A DNA stretch of 63,717 nucleotides, counting the filler, from Atractiella rhizophila (taxonomy: Eukaryota): assembly GCA_021432655.1 (NCBI GenBank). It is 6 parts of 6 records of this genome, joined end to end, with 100 filler letters (N's around TTAATTAATTAA, not from the genome) between each part and the next. Parts side by side here need not be neighbours in the genome. Positions count along the whole stretch, not along the records: positions 48,776 to 62,536 come from MU271972.1; positions 62,637 to 63,717 come from MU272037.1; 4 more parts are not named here. One strand, 5' to 3'. The first letter of the stretch is position 1. The number at the start of each line of letters is the position of its first letter. Made by a program: the position numbers and the translations under genes. Positions 61,322-63,717 of this stretch are shown here, piece by piece. The notes under the pieces were generated by a model. That model searched no databases and was not told where the DNA came from. It saw only the letters and a program-made list of their open reading frames with translations.

Positions 61322-63717
61322 GTGAGTGCTCTCTTCATATGCTCAAGGATTATGGCTGTCGTTGTCCCTGTACCCACGAGAAGCGTGGGATATTTCTCAT
61401 GGCGTACTTTAGGACAATGTTTGTGCTGACCGTGAATATGGCATCCTGTGCCGTCTGTTTGACTCATTTGCACAAGATGTATGACAAACTTGTCATACCG
61501 CAGTGATGTCGCTTTTGACGACAGAGTTGAATGTCCAGTTGCAGAGTATGCAGTACCTTCCTGTTGCGAAGCACATGATGTTTGTTTTAGCTTACTACTA
61601 AATGGATCGCAAAGAAACAATTATGTTTTCAAAGAGAGAAGGACTCACTCCTCCATCTCAACTGTCCCTCCATTCAATCATTTGTAAAGCATTCTATTTG
61701 GATCTCGTGAGCGCAAGTTTCAGTTAGTTGTCGACATTTTGGTATTTTTGTTTCTCTTCAATCCAGCAGTGAAGAATCGCCTTTTCTCACTCGTCAATTT
61801 CATGACTGGAAAAGTGATGGGGCCGGACTGAGGGATGCTGCGTGCTGCATGTCGGATTACGGCACTGCAATTTGTCATCTTTCTCCTTCGAGACTCCTGT
61901 GTGACTCCATGGCTTGACTCTTGTTCGGAGTTTTAAGGCAGCTGTGCTGCGATCAGGATGATTTTATCATTGCATCTTTGGTCCTGGTATCCATAGTAGT
62001 CGCACGCATAAATTGCCATATGTAAAGGAAGCTGCAGTTTTCTGCGTGCTGAACTGCTGTATGATTCCTTCGAGAGTCTACCGTGAAGATGCGCTACTTA
62101 TCGGTCTTGATTCGTCTCTCTTATCTCAGGTACCATTGACGGCTCCTTTATTCTTGTTGACTGTTTTTCGATTCAGATTCTGGTGGGTCTGTTGGCAGAT
62201 AGTTCAAAAGTTTACCCTTCTCAATAATGGGCCGAGCGTACAGTGTAGTCTCTCTGTAACTCAATCCATGCCTCAGTAATTATCCTTGTAGACCTACTTA
62301 CAAAGCAACATTCTCATTTTTGTTTTGTGTTAGAATACGTTGTTTTATGAAAAGATGAATCATTTTATCTTGTTGCGAAATTCACGAATATAATATAGCT
62401 CAATATCTGCGTGATTGTGGAGTTAGAGTATTGCTAACACCTGATACTGTGCCTTAGGGAGCTCCACCGCCAAAGAAACGACGAAGGGTGAATCGTCTCG
62501 TTCCTCGGGACGAAGGATACGATAAGGATGACCCATNNNNNNNNNNNNNNNNNNNNNNNNNNNNNNNNNNNNNNNNNNNNTTAATTAATTAANNNNNNNN
62601 NNNNNNNNNNNNNNNNNNNNNNNNNNNNNNNNNNNNAAATCTTATTGAAATATTTTTTCAGAAGATCCTGAGGTTGTACGGCCGCGAAGTCATTCTTTTC
62701 TTTGGGCAGTGGACCACGGAGCAAGTCCGAGAGGCACAAAGAAGAGGAAAGGAGTTGACTGACACTTCAAGCGTGGTGTTCCTATTATCAGAAGGTGGAG
62801 ATGCTAGGTAGTATGTCGTTTGAATTTATAATATTGTAGTCTATTGGCTGACAGAATGGAGCTGTCGACTTGAACCGTACCTGTATATGTTCTGTAGTAA
62901 CTCTTCGTGAACTTCTCATGCTCTAAAGCTGCAAACTGACGTACGTAAGACATGAATAAAAGTTCACTATGCTAAGAGGAGCATTTCTACGTGTGAATGT
63001 GGATACACGGGTTCAAGCCATTGGACTAAGTTACCACATTTTTCTTGATTTATGGATAGTAGTATGTACTCGTGGCAAGAGACCATCTTGATGGCTCGAA
63101 GACGAACGTTTTCTAAATTCACTCGCTTCGAGGCACAAATATGTGCTGGATGATGGTGCTTTGCTATAAGATGTTTAATGCAATGCGAACGAGAGTAGGG
63201 AATATGAAGGAAATTGCAACTCTATTCCGTCAGAACGTACTAGCAATTATACTCACTTCCTAAAAGAACTTTCGAGTGAAATGACACGACACACTGTACA
63301 TGACACTCCATCCCAGCCTAACTTCTTCATTTGTTCGGCATTACACTCCTAGAAAGATGGACGCTGAATACAGGTTCTGAGTCTGAAAGCAGAAAATTAA
63401 GTGATAAGTTGAATACTAAATCTTCAGCTGAACTTGAAAGGCCGAATTAAGAGGTTCAGCTTACCTTGGCTGAAACTTCAGCACACGTGAGGATCAAGGA
63501 ACAAGGGTTTTAAGTGTCTTCGAGGCTAAAAAATTCAGCTCCACAGAAGCTCAAAAACTCAGCCCGACGACACTGAATCCCAGTGCGGCATTCGTGGGAT
63601 TAGGATCGAGTAACTTGAGGTTTAGTAAACTAGCAGGTTTTATTTTGTGGCCACGGAATGCCAGGACGTCATCAAGGACCATTTCTTGTATGCCCGACGA
63701 CAAAACAGAACACGAAA

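Noticed and set aside
63420..63635. TTCAGC/CTCAGC repeats, a hairpin (AATCCCA...TGGGATT) and CTAG resembling a Helitron 3' end
   Set aside because: The hairpin-to-CTAG spacing is long, the next base is not T, and there is no matching 5' end on this short contig.

Overview
Eukaryotic (fungal) DNA with short introns of about 45-60 nt. A basidiomycete origin is inferred from the FunK1 kinase, gene families and CpG-directed decay of repeats. The window is not contiguous: five 100-nt N-linkers carrying TTAATTAATTAA join six separate contigs, so synteny across them is meaningless. Recognisable genes are a FunK1 kinase, TYW1, an MBL-fold hydrolase, a CAMK-type kinase, VTC1, HOM2, an R3H-SUZ protein, RPN12, PPP4R2/Psy4, an NmrA-like reductase with a decayed tandem copy, a SET-domain methyltransferase and La/Lhp1. 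Mobile DNA includes a complete but dead pogo/Fot1 element (TIRs, TA TSD) and a Ty1/copia element whose gag-pol frame is broken only by solo LTRs, one of them 80 bp and one itself carrying a nested LTR. The most unusual observations are: (i) a scrambled mosaic of TYW1, RhoGAP and APC10 pieces next to the real TYW1; (ii) the nested mini-LTRs; (iii) a ~3.7 kb dead, intron-poor reading frame with a TpA-rich, RIP-like signature unlike the CpG decay seen elsewhere; (iv) two paralogous orphan membrane proteins flanking TYW1; (v) a tandem duplication of La exon 1 plus its promoter; (vi) a repeat family that ends in TTAGGG units. I found no CRISPR array, rRNA or tRNA. I cannot claim a new biological system from the sequence alone. 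All family calls come from motif recognition by eye, not from database searches.
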